Assembly: GCF_004010195.1 (NCBI RefSeq) | Contig: NC_057760.1 | Coordinates: 3,800,901-3,863,690 of the forward strand | Length of the DNA: 62,790 nt | From: Chiloscyllium plagiosum | Lineage: Eukaryota | Direction: 5' to 3' | Shown: positions 1 through 11,299 of the stretch, in pieces | Layout: each line of letters starts with the position of its first letter | Position numbering within the stretch: position 1 is the stretch's first letter | The notes under the pieces: model-generated | Databases searched by the model: none | The model's input: only the letters and a program-made list of their open reading frames with translations | What the model was told of the DNA's origin: nothing | Translations under genes and position numbers: made by a program

Positions 1-524
1 GGACAGACTTAAAACAACAATTAACTTACCTGATTCTGTGCTGTGAACTTCGCCCAACATGTTCCTCCAAGATTAGTTGTGAATTTCACTGTTTGTTAAT
101 TTTCCCAGATGCACTCCGATGTCCAGCGATACACGAATTCAAACAGCAAAGGCAGTAACTGCAGGTTCTCTCTCTCTCTCTCTCCTGCACTGTCCTCACC
201 ATGTGCTTCCTTTGTCTGTTCTTCTCCCTTTTAAACTGCTGTTGTTTTGACTTTTTATTTTCCAAAGTTCCAAAACAATGCAACAGCATATAAAACAGTA
301 AGTGCTGCTCCTGGAATTCGAGGAAATCACCTCCAACACCTAAAATACCTCAAAAAAAAGGAGCAGCTCTTATAGCCAAAAATATTTCCTGTCCTCCATC
401 TTGGATTACCCATGTCTCCAAAATATTTTTAGATTTGATTTTGTTTCTATCTTACTCATCTGATTATTGCTTTTCTCATGATTTACTCTTTCCATCGCCT
501 CTGGATAATGTTTTTGTTGTGTTG

Positions 525-720
525 CCATAGTCTTACCAGACCATAGGAGCTGCTCTCTCATCAGAGAGAAGCAACTGGTTTAACCTGAGGGCCATCAGAC
601 TTCAGTCAAGGGAAGAGGTTGAGAAGGAGAATCTGGTGATGGGAATTGAACCCACACTATTGGCATCACACTGCTCTGTAAACCAACGATCCAGTCAACT
701 GAGCTGAACCAATTCCCCTG
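525..720 (-). mobile_element. tRNA-derived SINE, second family (related copy at about 18110-18305)
   Basis: Minus strand has A-box-like AGCTCAGTTGA and B-box-like GGTTCAATTCCC. A similar sequence recurs in the window. Confidence 0.6.
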
Positions 721-1609
721 GCTAGTCTTAGATCTGATCTGTAAGAGAAATGTTCATTACACATAGACATTTCCCTGAAGCAAAGTCCTTGCAATCAGTT
801 CATGGAGGCACCCAAGTCAGGGAATAGATATTTCAGCGTATTATCTCCCGAGGACACTATTATTAGGGCATACTTACCTCCACAAGCATTTCTCATGAAT
901 CCGTTTTTCCCTTGAGATCCCAGTTAGTGTATTGATTTCAAACCATTGATATTTCAAGAATTGTGTGGCCATTTTTCTTTTATCCTTCAATTCTCAGGCT
1001 GATATCAGCTGCCACCCTTCACTCAGTTTATCAGATTAACCTTAGAATACCTACATTTGCAAGTCTCTGTGAACATAATCCTATAGCAGGCAGAGCACAG
1101 TGAATGCCCCTCTATCTCACAGTTACACCCTACTGCTCCCTCCTCCAGGGTGTGTCCCGTTAAACATTTCACAAGTTGCTCCCTCAATCGTTGTGGCTCT
1201 AAAGACAAAATAACTGAGTCATATAGACCAGGAATATTCCACTCCCTCTCTGTGTTGAGTTAGTTGATGTCAGAGATGAAACCATGCCAGTGGAGTTTTG
1301 ATTGGTTTAGCAAATATGGGTTTGGGATAAGGAGAAAGCTAAGCCAGCTTCCCTAACACTCCTACTTTGACAGAGTAAGGTTTCAACCATATCTTTTTTC
1401 AAGAGCTTTCGGATTAACTTTGAAATAAGACGCTCGTTTAGTAATATGTTTACAACTCAATTCAGATATTTGAAAAAAAGCAGATATTTGAACACAGCTG
1501 CTCAACACCCACCACAGAAGTTTAATCAAAACTATCCTGCCATTGATATCCTACTCAAAGTCTCCCCTAGTTTGAGGATTCAACCTTCCCTTCACATTGA
1601 TCAAATTAC

Positions 1610-1765
1610 CTGATTGTAGGAGTTCTGCTTGCCATTAGGTGCTATGAACCTGCTATGAGTCATGTATTGTGGGTAATCACTCCGATCTGCCATTGGGTAG
1701 TATGATCCTCGAGAACCAAACATTTCAAACTTCCCATGATTTCTGCGGCGACACAGGTAGATTAT
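1610..1765 (-). CDS. MUC1: MUC1-like mucin, coding exon 6 (cytoplasmic tail IIYLCRRRNHGKFEMFGSRGSYYPMADRSDYPQYMTHSRFIAPNGKQNSYNQ)
   Basis: Acceptor tttttctag|, donor CAG|gtaatt. 156 nt, phase 0 to 0. Colinear with the human MUC1 tail [48 protein letters not shown]. No stop codon, so a terminal exon must follow (not identified, probably left of the window). Confidence 0.9.
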
Positions 1766-2431
1766 CTAGAAAAAGTACGCAGACAGGTTTGTGAAATGAA
1801 GAATGGGTTAGCACCACCAAGCAAAACAAGGATGTGCTCATCTGAAAGAAGTTGGCCAGATTCTTTAATTTACAAAATCCATAATCAATTTTGAAATGTT
1901 GACACAACCAAAATAAAAATAAAATCTGTATTTAGATTTCACAAGATTTCTTTCCAGAGATACAGATCACTAAAGTCAACCCGCTACAGCAAAAGACACA
2001 TTCTTTTTTTAAAAGATCTGCAGGCAAATCATTGATTGAACTTGGAAGTAATTTATGTTCCTTTGGCCACACATCAATTTTGAGGAGGCATCAAATACAG
2101 GGACCCTAAGCAGCATAGAAAAAGCATGCCAACTATTATATTTTGGATTTCAACTTCATCTGAATTGCCACATTCATATTTCATCCTTTTAACATGTTAA
2201 ACTGGATTTGTTCCTATTTCAATTTCCCTTTTACTCCAGTGAGTGAGCAGAAAAAGAGACGAAAGCTCAGCTTTTGGAGGTAATGAGAACCAAATCACCC
2301 TGGTCAATTTTTATATGCTCTCTAGAATGTTGATGAGTGTCATTAGACTGGTAGCAAATCTTGTTGCTACAATAATGGGAGAAGGAAGTAATCAGTGGCC
2401 ACAAACCATACAAAAAACACTAGAGACTTAC

Positions 2432-2565
2432 AATGAGAAGGATGATGATGATGATCAACAGGAGAATGATGCAGACAAGGACCAGAAGAGCAATACCCCA
2501 GCCAGGGACAATTGGAGCCTGGGAAGTTGTGGTCGTTGTGGTTGTGCTGGGTTTTATCTCTTGCA
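2432..2565 (-). CDS. MUC1: MUC1-like mucin, coding exon 5 (stalk and transmembrane helix VPGWGIALLVLVCIILLLIIIIILLI)
   Basis: Acceptor tttttttag|TG, donor ATT|gtaagt. 134 nt, phase 1 to 0. VPGWGIALLVLVC is identical to the start of the human MUC1 TM segment. Confidence 0.92.
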
Positions 2566-3148
2566 CTAAAAAAAATTAAAATAAATACATAGCAAGTGTC
2601 TTTTCTCCAACACTTCAATTTCACTCTACAGAAAATTAGAAATACAAGAATGAGAAATTACCACTCTGCAATACACACTCTATAGCTGCAAACCAGATGA
2701 GGTTTCATCTTTTTTCTGTCACCTAACCTATTCCCTGACAATCAAGATTCAATATAGTCCCTTGTATATATTTCACCGTAGACCCTGTTCTACAAGCCAT
2801 TACATTTCTGTTTGAAGAAATTAGAATCATGGTGTCTTAATTTAATTTTAATTGTGTGTTTCATTTATTCCTATCATGATTTCTTTCATCCAATACAGTC
2901 ACAGTGCTGTTCACAAAGTTAAGCCTACTCAAGTGTCTTGTCCAACTGACTAACCTGGAAGCCTGGTTTATGACCTTTGCTGAGGGATCTACAATAAATA
3001 AATAAATTCACCTTTCTGCACTTTCATTCTTCAGCTTATCCACAAAACAACACTAGTCCATTCACAGCTTCAAATAAACAAGCCTTACAACATCAGTGTT
3101 ATGCCCATCTCTCACACCAGCATTCCTCATCCTGACAAATATCCTTAC

Positions 3149-3285
3149 CTTCTATATCTTTGACCTGTAGTTTGTTGATTGTACCATTCTTTATGGCAGC
3201 TGTAAACTGTTGTTCAACTGTGCCCTGGTCTACAGATGCATCCGAGTTGAAGGTAGATTTAGTTTCAGTGATGACTGATCCTTGC
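3149..3285 (-). CDS. MUC1: MUC1-like mucin, coding exon 4 (SEA C-terminal half QGSVITETKSTF...LQVKDIE)
   Basis: Acceptor ttttctctttaag|, donor G|gtaagg. 137 nt, phase 2 to 1. Contains the G-S-V-I SEA autoproteolysis-type motif. Confidence 0.88.
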
Positions 3286-4183
3286 CTTAAAGAGAAAACA
3301 TTACAATCATCACATATCATTAACTATCAAACCCACCTTCTGAGACACTGGACACAATCTTAACAGAAAACTCACAGCTTTGGTTCCTGTTATATGCTAA
3401 GGCAGTTGTCTACCAACATATTGTATGACAAGATAGCTCTTCCTGTGAGCATGAATGTCAAAAATGCACTCCAACTATTTGTGAAATCAATTGGTCAGTT
3501 GTGCATCCATATAATAAGCAAATGACAAAAACCTTACATATAAGAGACAACAATAATCATTCTCTCTGTGGGGAGGGGCATGTAAAAGTTTCTGAGTAGT
3601 GATAATTCCAAGAGTGCAGGAGATCATACATGACATCCGCATACAATACAACTCTAACATCTGGAGAGTGTTCCTGAAATGCCTGTGGCAATCATACTCA
3701 CAGTAGTCTATTCATTTTTCCAGTCATCAGACAGATGATCAAGTCTCTTGACTTCGCATTAGACTTTATTTCCCTTTTTCTTTCATATACTGGATTATTT
3801 TCTGCAGCATTATTAAAGGCTGACAAATTTGCAAGTTTTATTTTGAAAAATTATAAAACCTGAAACAATGTCTTCTCTCCATTTGCAGTTATTTAACTTC
3901 AAGTGGCCACATCTTGTTAAATTCAAACTGGTATCCAAATCCTCTTCCAGGTGAACTACCATTGCAATTAACTTTAATTGTTCAATTTACCTGACCTCAA
4001 CATTTTCAGTGCAATCAGTTCTGAGCATGTTTGGATAATTTAACATTTACAATTCCACATTTTTGGTGCTGATTTTGCTGGGACCGATAAAATGGAAACA
4101 CTAATATAATTTTCATAGTTTGATGCTAAAAAGGACAAGATCTTTGGTGGTTCTTCATCCAACACAGAAAGTGAATGACTTAC

Positions 4184-4257
4184 CTGAAAAGCAGAACTTC
4201 AGAACCCCTATATGCTGAACGGAGGGAGCATGTAGAACAACTGTAAGCATCAGCCAG
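4184..4257 (-). CDS. MUC1: MUC1-like mucin, coding exon 3 (SEA: LADAYSCSTCSLRSAYRGSEVLLF-R)
   Basis: Acceptor ttctgttgcag|, donor AG|gtaagt. 74 nt, phase 0 to 2. Joins the next exon to give FRQGSV. Confidence 0.85.
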
Positions 4258-4671
4258 CTGCAACAGAAATTTTAGAAAACATTTACGTATGATTTAATGA
4301 AAAGAAAGTAAATATCTCCAACAGTTGTTTGTAGCCTATACTTTTTCACTGCACCAACAATACCAAATACCTGTTATAAATACCCTGTTGTTACCAATAA
4401 CTGTACCCTCTTCCCTACACATTATTAATACTTCCAAATCCAACTATCACAATATTTCAATCTAGCTACCAAATGCTAATATGCCCTGCTTTACAGTACA
4501 GAACGTGAGTACTGTTGTAAGGAAAAATATGGTTTTGAAGCTTTTTGTTATGCTTTCATTGGACAGGAAGCAAGAGTTTCACATTTCAAAGGGGACAACG
4601 TATTATACTGCGTGATGATGCACAGGACCCAGTCCTCTGCAAACAGTATGTCGAGAAATTGAGACATTTTC

Positions 4672-4970
4672 ATTAGATTCAATCAGTGTGGAAACAGGCC
4701 CTTTGGCCCAACAAGTCCACACTGACCCTCCGAAGAGTAACCCACCCAGACCCATTTCCCTCTCACTAATGCACGTAACACTATGGGCAATTTAGCATGG
4801 ACAATTCACCTGAAATGCACATCTTTGGACTGTGGGAGGAAACCAGAGCAAACCCACACAGACACTGGGAGAATGTGCAAACGCCACACAGACAGTCACC
4901 TGAGGGTGGAATCGAGCCCGGGACCGTGGTGATGTGAGGCAGCAGTGCTAACCACTGAGCTACCATGCCA
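4672..4970 (-). mobile_element. tRNA-derived V-SINE (HE1-like)
   Basis: Minus strand begins GGCATGGTAGCTCAGTGGTTAGCACTGCTGCCTCAC, with B box GGCTCGATTCC and V-domain TGTGTGGCGTTTGCACATTCTCCC. Confidence 0.85.
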
Positions 4971-5599
4971 CTCGCAATTCAATTGAATAAAAACAGAGAG
5001 GATAACTAATCATTAGTGTGTTCTTCGTGGCCATTCTCAATGAACCAGAGTGACTTGCCAGTCAATCACTGCCCTTTTGTCATATACTTTAAATTATTGT
5101 TCCCTTTGAAATTTGGCATTCTTGCATCTGTCTTGATGAGTGCACAATGAAAAGCTTTGACAGCATGTCTCTTTCTTCAAGCAATGCACTGCTTTATTCA
5201 ATTGCCAAAACACCATGTTTTTGCCATTAACTGCTCCAATCCCATGCTTCGTTATCAGATATGTAACAAACTGGAATCTTAATTTTACCAGTACATGAAC
5301 TGTGTGGCTTTGACTAGGACATTTCTAAAGTTGTGATGCTACTTTCTGCTGATAGTTAATTAGAGTAGAGGAGGTTTTTATTTGTCATTTCTACCATATA
5401 CAACTGATAACAGTTAATATGAGACAGCATTCCTCCAGGACCAAGGTGCTAGATGGACAGCACAAACTACACAATTGTACAAAGGATGGCATAAAGTGCA
5501 TAAGAAGTGCAGAACATGCAAATTACAGAGTAACAAAAGAATGATAAGTAATAGATATTTTTCTAGCAGCAATTCAAAGTTGTGCAAAGACTTTCAGAT

Positions 5600-6000
5600 G
5601 GAAAAGAGTCTGAATATACAGTGTTAAGGTGCCTGATGGCTTGGGAGAATAAACTGTGGTACAGTCTGGCCCTGAGAGACTGAATTCTCTGGTATCTTCT
5701 GCCAGATGGCAGGAGGGAGAAGAGTTTGAGTGGGGGGGGGGTCTTCCATAGTACGCTTAGCCTTTCAGATGCAGCGTGTGGTGTAAATGACCATAATGGA
5801 GGGGAGAGAGACTCCAATGATCTTCTCAGCTGCCCTCACTATCTGTTGTAAGGTCTTACGATCTGACAGTGCAATTCCCAAATCAAGCAGTAATGCAGCA
5901 GCTCAGGGTACTCTCAATAAAGCCTCTCTAGGATATGGTGAGGATGGTGGACAGGATGTGGGCTTTCCTCAGTCTACGCAGAAAGTAGAGATGCTTAACA
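5600..6000 (-). mobile_element. Rex1/Babar-like LINE 3' fragment
   Basis: LFSLLPSGRRYQRI..SLFSQAIRHLN on the minus strand. Confidence 0.7.
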
Positions 6001-6189
6001 TCAGCAACAGAAATGTTGTGACATGCAATGGAAAGGACTGAGAGATGTAGAACAGATGTGATTGCAGGATTTAGATTCTCCATCTCTCAGCCAATGCATT
6101 TTCTCTGTCACACTACAGCAAGTCTTCTACTGAATATACAGTTCCTGCAGCGATGAATAATTCATTCAATATGTTATCTCTGTAACAGT

Positions 6190-6610
6190 AGATGATGTGG
6201 AGGTGCCAGTGTTGGATTGGGGTGGACAAAGTTACGGTCGGGATACAGACAGACTCTAACCTCACACCTTTAATGCATTGTCTGAGGTGAGATGTCACCT
6301 TTTTTTATCTACCGATCAAACCTTAAGTTATCTTTGGACTGTGACTTGAAAGAAGTTCTGGGATTTATATATTAATCAATCGAAATCTGCAACCCCACTC
6401 TAAGTGATTAAAGACTGAACAGCAATCTAGGTTTGGTCAATACATCATATCAGTTGGATGATACCTTGATCTTTTACTATAAGTTCTGTGTTCTATGATC
6501 CTGCCCCACTAGCTACCTGACAAAGGAGCAGTGTTCTGAAAGCTTGTACTTTCAAATAAACCTGTTGGACTATAACCCGTTGTTGTGTGATTTTTAACTT
6601 TGTCACAGTA
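6190..6610. mobile_element. PLE-derived short element, second family (GAAAGCTA core; related copies near 12400, 21270, 24590, 25555, 30220, 38325)
   Basis: Recurrent motif aggagcagcgctccgaaagctagtgcttccaattaaacctgttggactataacctggtgttgtgtgatttttaac. Confidence 0.7.
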
Positions 6611-7684
6611 CAGACAGCCATCTACTGAATTTATAGTTCCAGCACCAATGGATCTTCTCTTTATATTTGTGCACCATAAATATTTTGGGAAGTCAGGTGT
6701 TCCTCTTTGCACATAATCAAGAATAAAGCCTAAACCTGGTAGTCATGGATATGAACAGAGTGACAGAGAGTTCAGATTGAATATAGGTTGTGAATTGAAA
6801 ACCAGATCTAGGATACCTGCTTGGTGATCAACTCAATTCAACACGTTTTAAACCAGAATTTAAATTTTATCAGGATGAAAGCCTTTTATATCTTCTGGCT
6901 AAAAGGTGCTAACAGGAAATTAGTTTGGGAAACCTAGTTCCTGTGGGGCTTCTGCTTATTGCACATGGTTGTAAACAACTTGACTTCTTTCTGAGACACT
7001 GCAAGAGTAGCTACTGCGAGAAAAGAAGCTCAAAAAAGTTGTTTGGTTGCCAAATCAATTATTACTCAGTTGGAAAGCAACACTGACTATTGCCTCATTT
7101 CCTAGAGGACACTGGAAGCTCAGTCACTGAGTATGTTCAAGACAGCAATCAAAGCATTTCTAGATACTACTGACAAGAAGTATGGGAATGGCATTGAGGT
7201 AGGTGATTGGCTGTGATCTCAAATAGCAGAGCAGGGGTGAGAGGCTGAATAGCCTAATCCTGCTCCTATTTCCTATGTCCCTTTCCCCTTTCTATTTTGT
7301 CTTGAAGGTACTAACTCATGTTGAAGCTGTCTCCTTTTTTCATGTGAATACTTGGGACATTGGGTGTTGACAGGATATTTAACTGTTGCAAGCTAAGCCT
7401 AATCCAGACAATGCACCAACTGTTTTTAGCAGAGATTATTAGACTTTTAAAAAAGCTTCCCAAATTTTCCTCTTCCCATTCCATGGACAGTAATGCTTGT
7501 TTTACTAACTCTGCTGCTACCAAACTTAAAAGAACTCAGTACTGCCCCCTGGAATAGATATTTACTCATTGAGATGGGGGTTGTGTGGAAATGGGGTTGG
7601 GGAGGATGGGGGTGTTGCATGAAAGTTGGGATGTGTTGTTAGTTAGTATATAAGCGTTTTAAGTATTGTCATTAATACACTCAC

Positions 7685-10062
7685 CGCTTTAATAACTTGA
7701 TCACTCAAGCTCTTGAATTCCGGAGTAGTTTTATCTTTCAAAGCGTTTTCAAAATTCTTGTTGATAATTCTGAAAGTTATAAGGAAATTTGATGTTGGGG
7801 TTGCTGTGGTACTAGACACCTTAGTGGTGGTCTTCATGGTTGTTAGCACTGGGGATGCTGTGGTACTGCTTGACTGTATATTGCTCGTGGTTACATATCT
7901 GGTTGTGGTGCCAGGTACTGTATTGCCATTTGGAACAGTGTTACTGACCTGCTGACTAGTTGAGGAGGTCAGAACAGTGTTTGTCAGTGTTATGGTGCTC
8001 TGGCTATTGGTGGCATTGGCAGGCTGTTGTGTGGTTACCTGTGATGTCAACGTCACTTTTGAAGCAGTGGAGTTTGACAATGGAGTTGGTGTTGAAATGA
8101 CAGAAGTCCTGGGGGGTACTACACTCATGTTGGTAGAGGTTGTACTGTTCAAATTGGAAACAACTGTAGACAGAAAAGAGGTTGTAGACTGATCAGTCAA
8201 ACTCGAACTGGTTGTCACGTTAATTGTTGACTCATTGTGTGTGAACATGGTGCTTGTAATGTTTACACCAGCTGTCGTGGCAGAGAGAGTTGGACCCTCT
8301 GTATTATTTGAGCTTGTGACAGACACCACTGTCCTTCCACTAGATGCTGCAGTATTGTCTGGCTGCAATGTGGATGAGACATTAACAGTCGTAGTGAGGT
8401 TCAGGTTTTGTGGAGTAGTAAAGGAGGTGCTGGTGACAGCAGAACTCGTGAATAATGGGGCAGATGTGCTGGTGTTCACTGGCAGGGTGGAGGCAGTTAC
8501 ATTTGCTGGTAGTACAGATGTGCTGCTATTTTCTGGAGATCTAGACGTGGAGTTCACCGGTGGGCTGGATGTGGTGTTCATCGGTGGGCTGGATGTGCTG
8601 TTCACCGATGGGCTGGACGTGCTGTTCACCGGTGGGCTGGATGTGGTGTTCATCGGTAGGCTGGATGTGCTGTTCACCGGTGGGATGGACGTGCTGTTCA
8701 CCGGTGGGCTGGATGTGGTGTTCATCGGTAGGCTGGATGTGCTGTTCACCGGTGGGCTGGACGTGCTGTTCACCGGTGGGCTGGATGTGCTGTTCACCGG
8801 TAGGCTGGATGTGCTGTTCACCGGTGGGCTGGACGTGCTGTTCACCAGTGGGCTGGACGTGGAGTTCACCGGTAGGCTGGACGTGCCGTTCACCGGTGGG
8901 CTGGATGTGCTGTTCACCGGTGGGCTGGACGTGCCGTTCATCGGTGGGCTGGACGTGCCGTTCATCGGTGGGCTGGATGTGCTGTTCACCGGTGGGCTGG
9001 ACGTGCCGTTCACCGGTGGGCTGGATGTGCCGTTCATTGGTGGGCTGGACGTGCCGTTCATTGGTGGGCTGGACGTGCCATTCATTGGTGGGCTGGATGT
9101 GCCATTCATTGGTGGGCTGGATGTGCCATTCACCGGTGGGCTGGACGTGTCGTTCACCGGTGGGCTGGATGTGCCATTCACCGGTGGGCTCGATGTGCCA
9201 TTCATCGGTGGGCTCGATGTGCCATTCATCGGTGGGCTCAATGTGCCATTCATCAGTGGGCTGGATGTGCCATTCACAGGTGGGCTGGACGTGACATTCA
9301 CTGGTGGGCTCGATGTGCCATTCATTGGTGGGCTCGATGTGCCATTCATCGGTGGGCTCGATGTGCCATTCATTGGTGGGCTTGATGTGCCATTCATCGG
9401 TGGGCTGGACGTGCCGTTCATTGGTGGGCTCGATGTGCCATTCATCGGTGGGCTCGACGTGCCGTTCATTGGTGGGCTGGACGTGCCGTTCATTGGCGGG
9501 CTCGATGTGCTGTTCACCAGTGGGCTGGATGTACTGTTCACTGGTGGGCTGGATGTGCCATTCATCGGTGGGCTGGACGTGCCATTCATCGGTGGACTGG
9601 ACGTGCCATTCATCGGTGGGCTGGACGTGCCATTCATCGGTGGGCTGGACGTGCCATTCACCAGTGGGCTGGACGTGCCATTCACCAGTGGGCTTAATGT
9701 GCTGTTCACCGATGTGCTGGACGTGGTGTTCATTGGTGGGCTGGATGTGCCGTTCACCGATGGGCTGGACGTGGTGTTCATCAGTGGACTGGATGTGCCG
9801 TTAACCAGTGGGCTGGATGTGCTGTTCACCGGTGGGCTAGACGTACTGGTCATTGGTGGGCTGAATGTGCTGTTCATTAATGGGCTGAATGAACTTTTTG
9901 TGCTTGTTCGCTGAGAAGACGTGCTTGTGCTCCCCTGCGGGGAGAGTGTGGTCAGCGACTGTTTCGTATTGAATACATGAGAGGAGATACTGGAATTTGG
10001 AGTGCTTGAAACAGATGATGAAACAGTTCCAGTGTTCTCTTGTGCTGTGTGTACTACTGCCA
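7685..10062 (-). CDS. MUC1: MUC1-like mucin, coding exon 2 (PTS/VNTR ectodomain and start of SEA domain)
   Basis: 2378-nt open exon inside ORF 7643..10138. Acceptor ttttgtcttttcag|TG, donor GCG|gtgagt. Ser/Thr/Pro-rich with 8-aa tandem repeats, ending in SEA start FLITFRIINKNFENALKDKTTPEFKSLSDQVIKA. Confidence 0.92.
8525..9896 (-). repeat. Coding VNTR, 24-bp unit (TSSPP[M/V]N[G/S/T]), about 57 copies
   Basis: Directly visible unit, e.g. plus-strand gtgccattcatcggtgggctggac. Copy number estimated as length/24. Confidence 0.97.
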
Positions 10063-11299
10063 CTGAAAAGACAAAAAAAAAAGCAAAGATAATTGTGAGT
10101 GAAAAACAAAAACAGAAGTTTCTGGAAAAGCTGAGCAAACCTGGCCGTCGCCGTGAAAAGATATCAGAGTTAACAGTTCAGGTGTGGTTACCCTTCCTCA
10201 GAACTGGTGGATTCATAATTGAGAGTGAACTGGGTGCAAGTTAAGAAAAAGAGTGGGTTTTGGTTTGTGTCGATCACCTAGTCCTCAAGTGAAAGCTGCT
10301 CTTGCACTTGACTGCTGCACTGACCCCCCACCCCAACACCCCACAACTTGTTTTGTTGATTAATAGCTTTTATAGCAGTCAAGTCTGATACCCTACACTG
10401 TTAAGTAGCACGCTGGTACCAACATATCAAAGTATCATATCAAAGATGCTCTTCCTCAGATGAGATATTAAGTCGAGGCTCATCTGCAAATTCCATTCAT
10501 CCCAAAGATCTAATGCACAAGTAAAGGTAATTGTCTGTCAAAATGCTTCCCTTGAATACTAGGACCAATTTAGCTGGTCATTTATTTCAATGTTGACATG
10601 TGTATTTGTCATGTTTGAGAGTAACACTGTTCCTTCGCATAGAACTCAAGCTCTCTGTCTCTCCCCTACACCACACATTGGGAAACAAAGGGACAATACT
10701 GCAATGCCAGGATTCTCAGTGTTACATTTTGTGAGCATAGTTATAGAGGTTCACTCATTTCATCATTGAAGCTCTTTGGTTAGATAGTGCATTCAAGTGT
10801 TTTCTGAGGTTTTATTATTGACCCGAGAAAGGACATATTTGTTAAAAATGTACTTTACTTGTTATTGACCAGCCCTGTTTTTTCATGAACAGATTCAAGA
10901 AAACATTTCTTTGAAATTGAACAGACAACCTTTTTATAATGGGGAGGACTGATCACTTTATATGGGGTAATAATTAGGGATAGTCTTGTTGATTAAAAGG
11001 CCATACTCCACAAATGAAAACATTCATCATTAATATCTCAATATAATTTAAAAGATGAGATTCATTAGGGGAGAGAAATTAGTATTGGTCATCTCCAATT
11101 CAGACTTATGCTGAACCTGTTGACTTTCACTTCAGGAGTTGAAGGTAATATTACATTTGGTGGAAATCTTTGCTTTCTTTTAAAATCTTATTTTGCATTA
11201 ACTAAAAGTTGATATTCAGATTCTCTCATAGAAATAAGGACCAGTTATTTTTTTCTTTTCAGGATAATACTTAGCTTTGCATTTATACTCTTTGTATGA

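Noticed and set aside
1..410. Possible LINE 5' UTR on the minus strand (AAGATGG start near 400)
   Set aside because: Truncated by the window edge, with no coding remnant or second copy to confirm it.
700..990. Possible terminal mucin exon (donor-like site near 876, acceptor-like site near 739, QYTN-like frame near 925)
   Set aside because: The YTN frame is preceded by a stop and lacks an acceptor, and the 739 acceptor reads into a SINE. The terminal exon is left unassigned.
2243..2569. Plus-strand ORF with an acidic DDDDD run
   Set aside because: It is the antisense reading of the poly-Ile transmembrane exon (ATC repeats).
8525..9896. Repeat arrays as possible CRISPR arrays (also 46820-47445 and 49150-49400)
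   Set aside because: These are contiguous tandem units without unique spacers, there are no cas genes, and the context is eukaryotic.
8235..9914. Plus-strand 559-aa ORF (GGLDVPFI repeats) and the Cys/Trp-rich ORFs 8560..9294 and 9304..9804
   Set aside because: They are antisense shadows of the 24-bp mucin VNTR. They stay open only because the unit lacks stops in those frames, and they have no splice or domain support.
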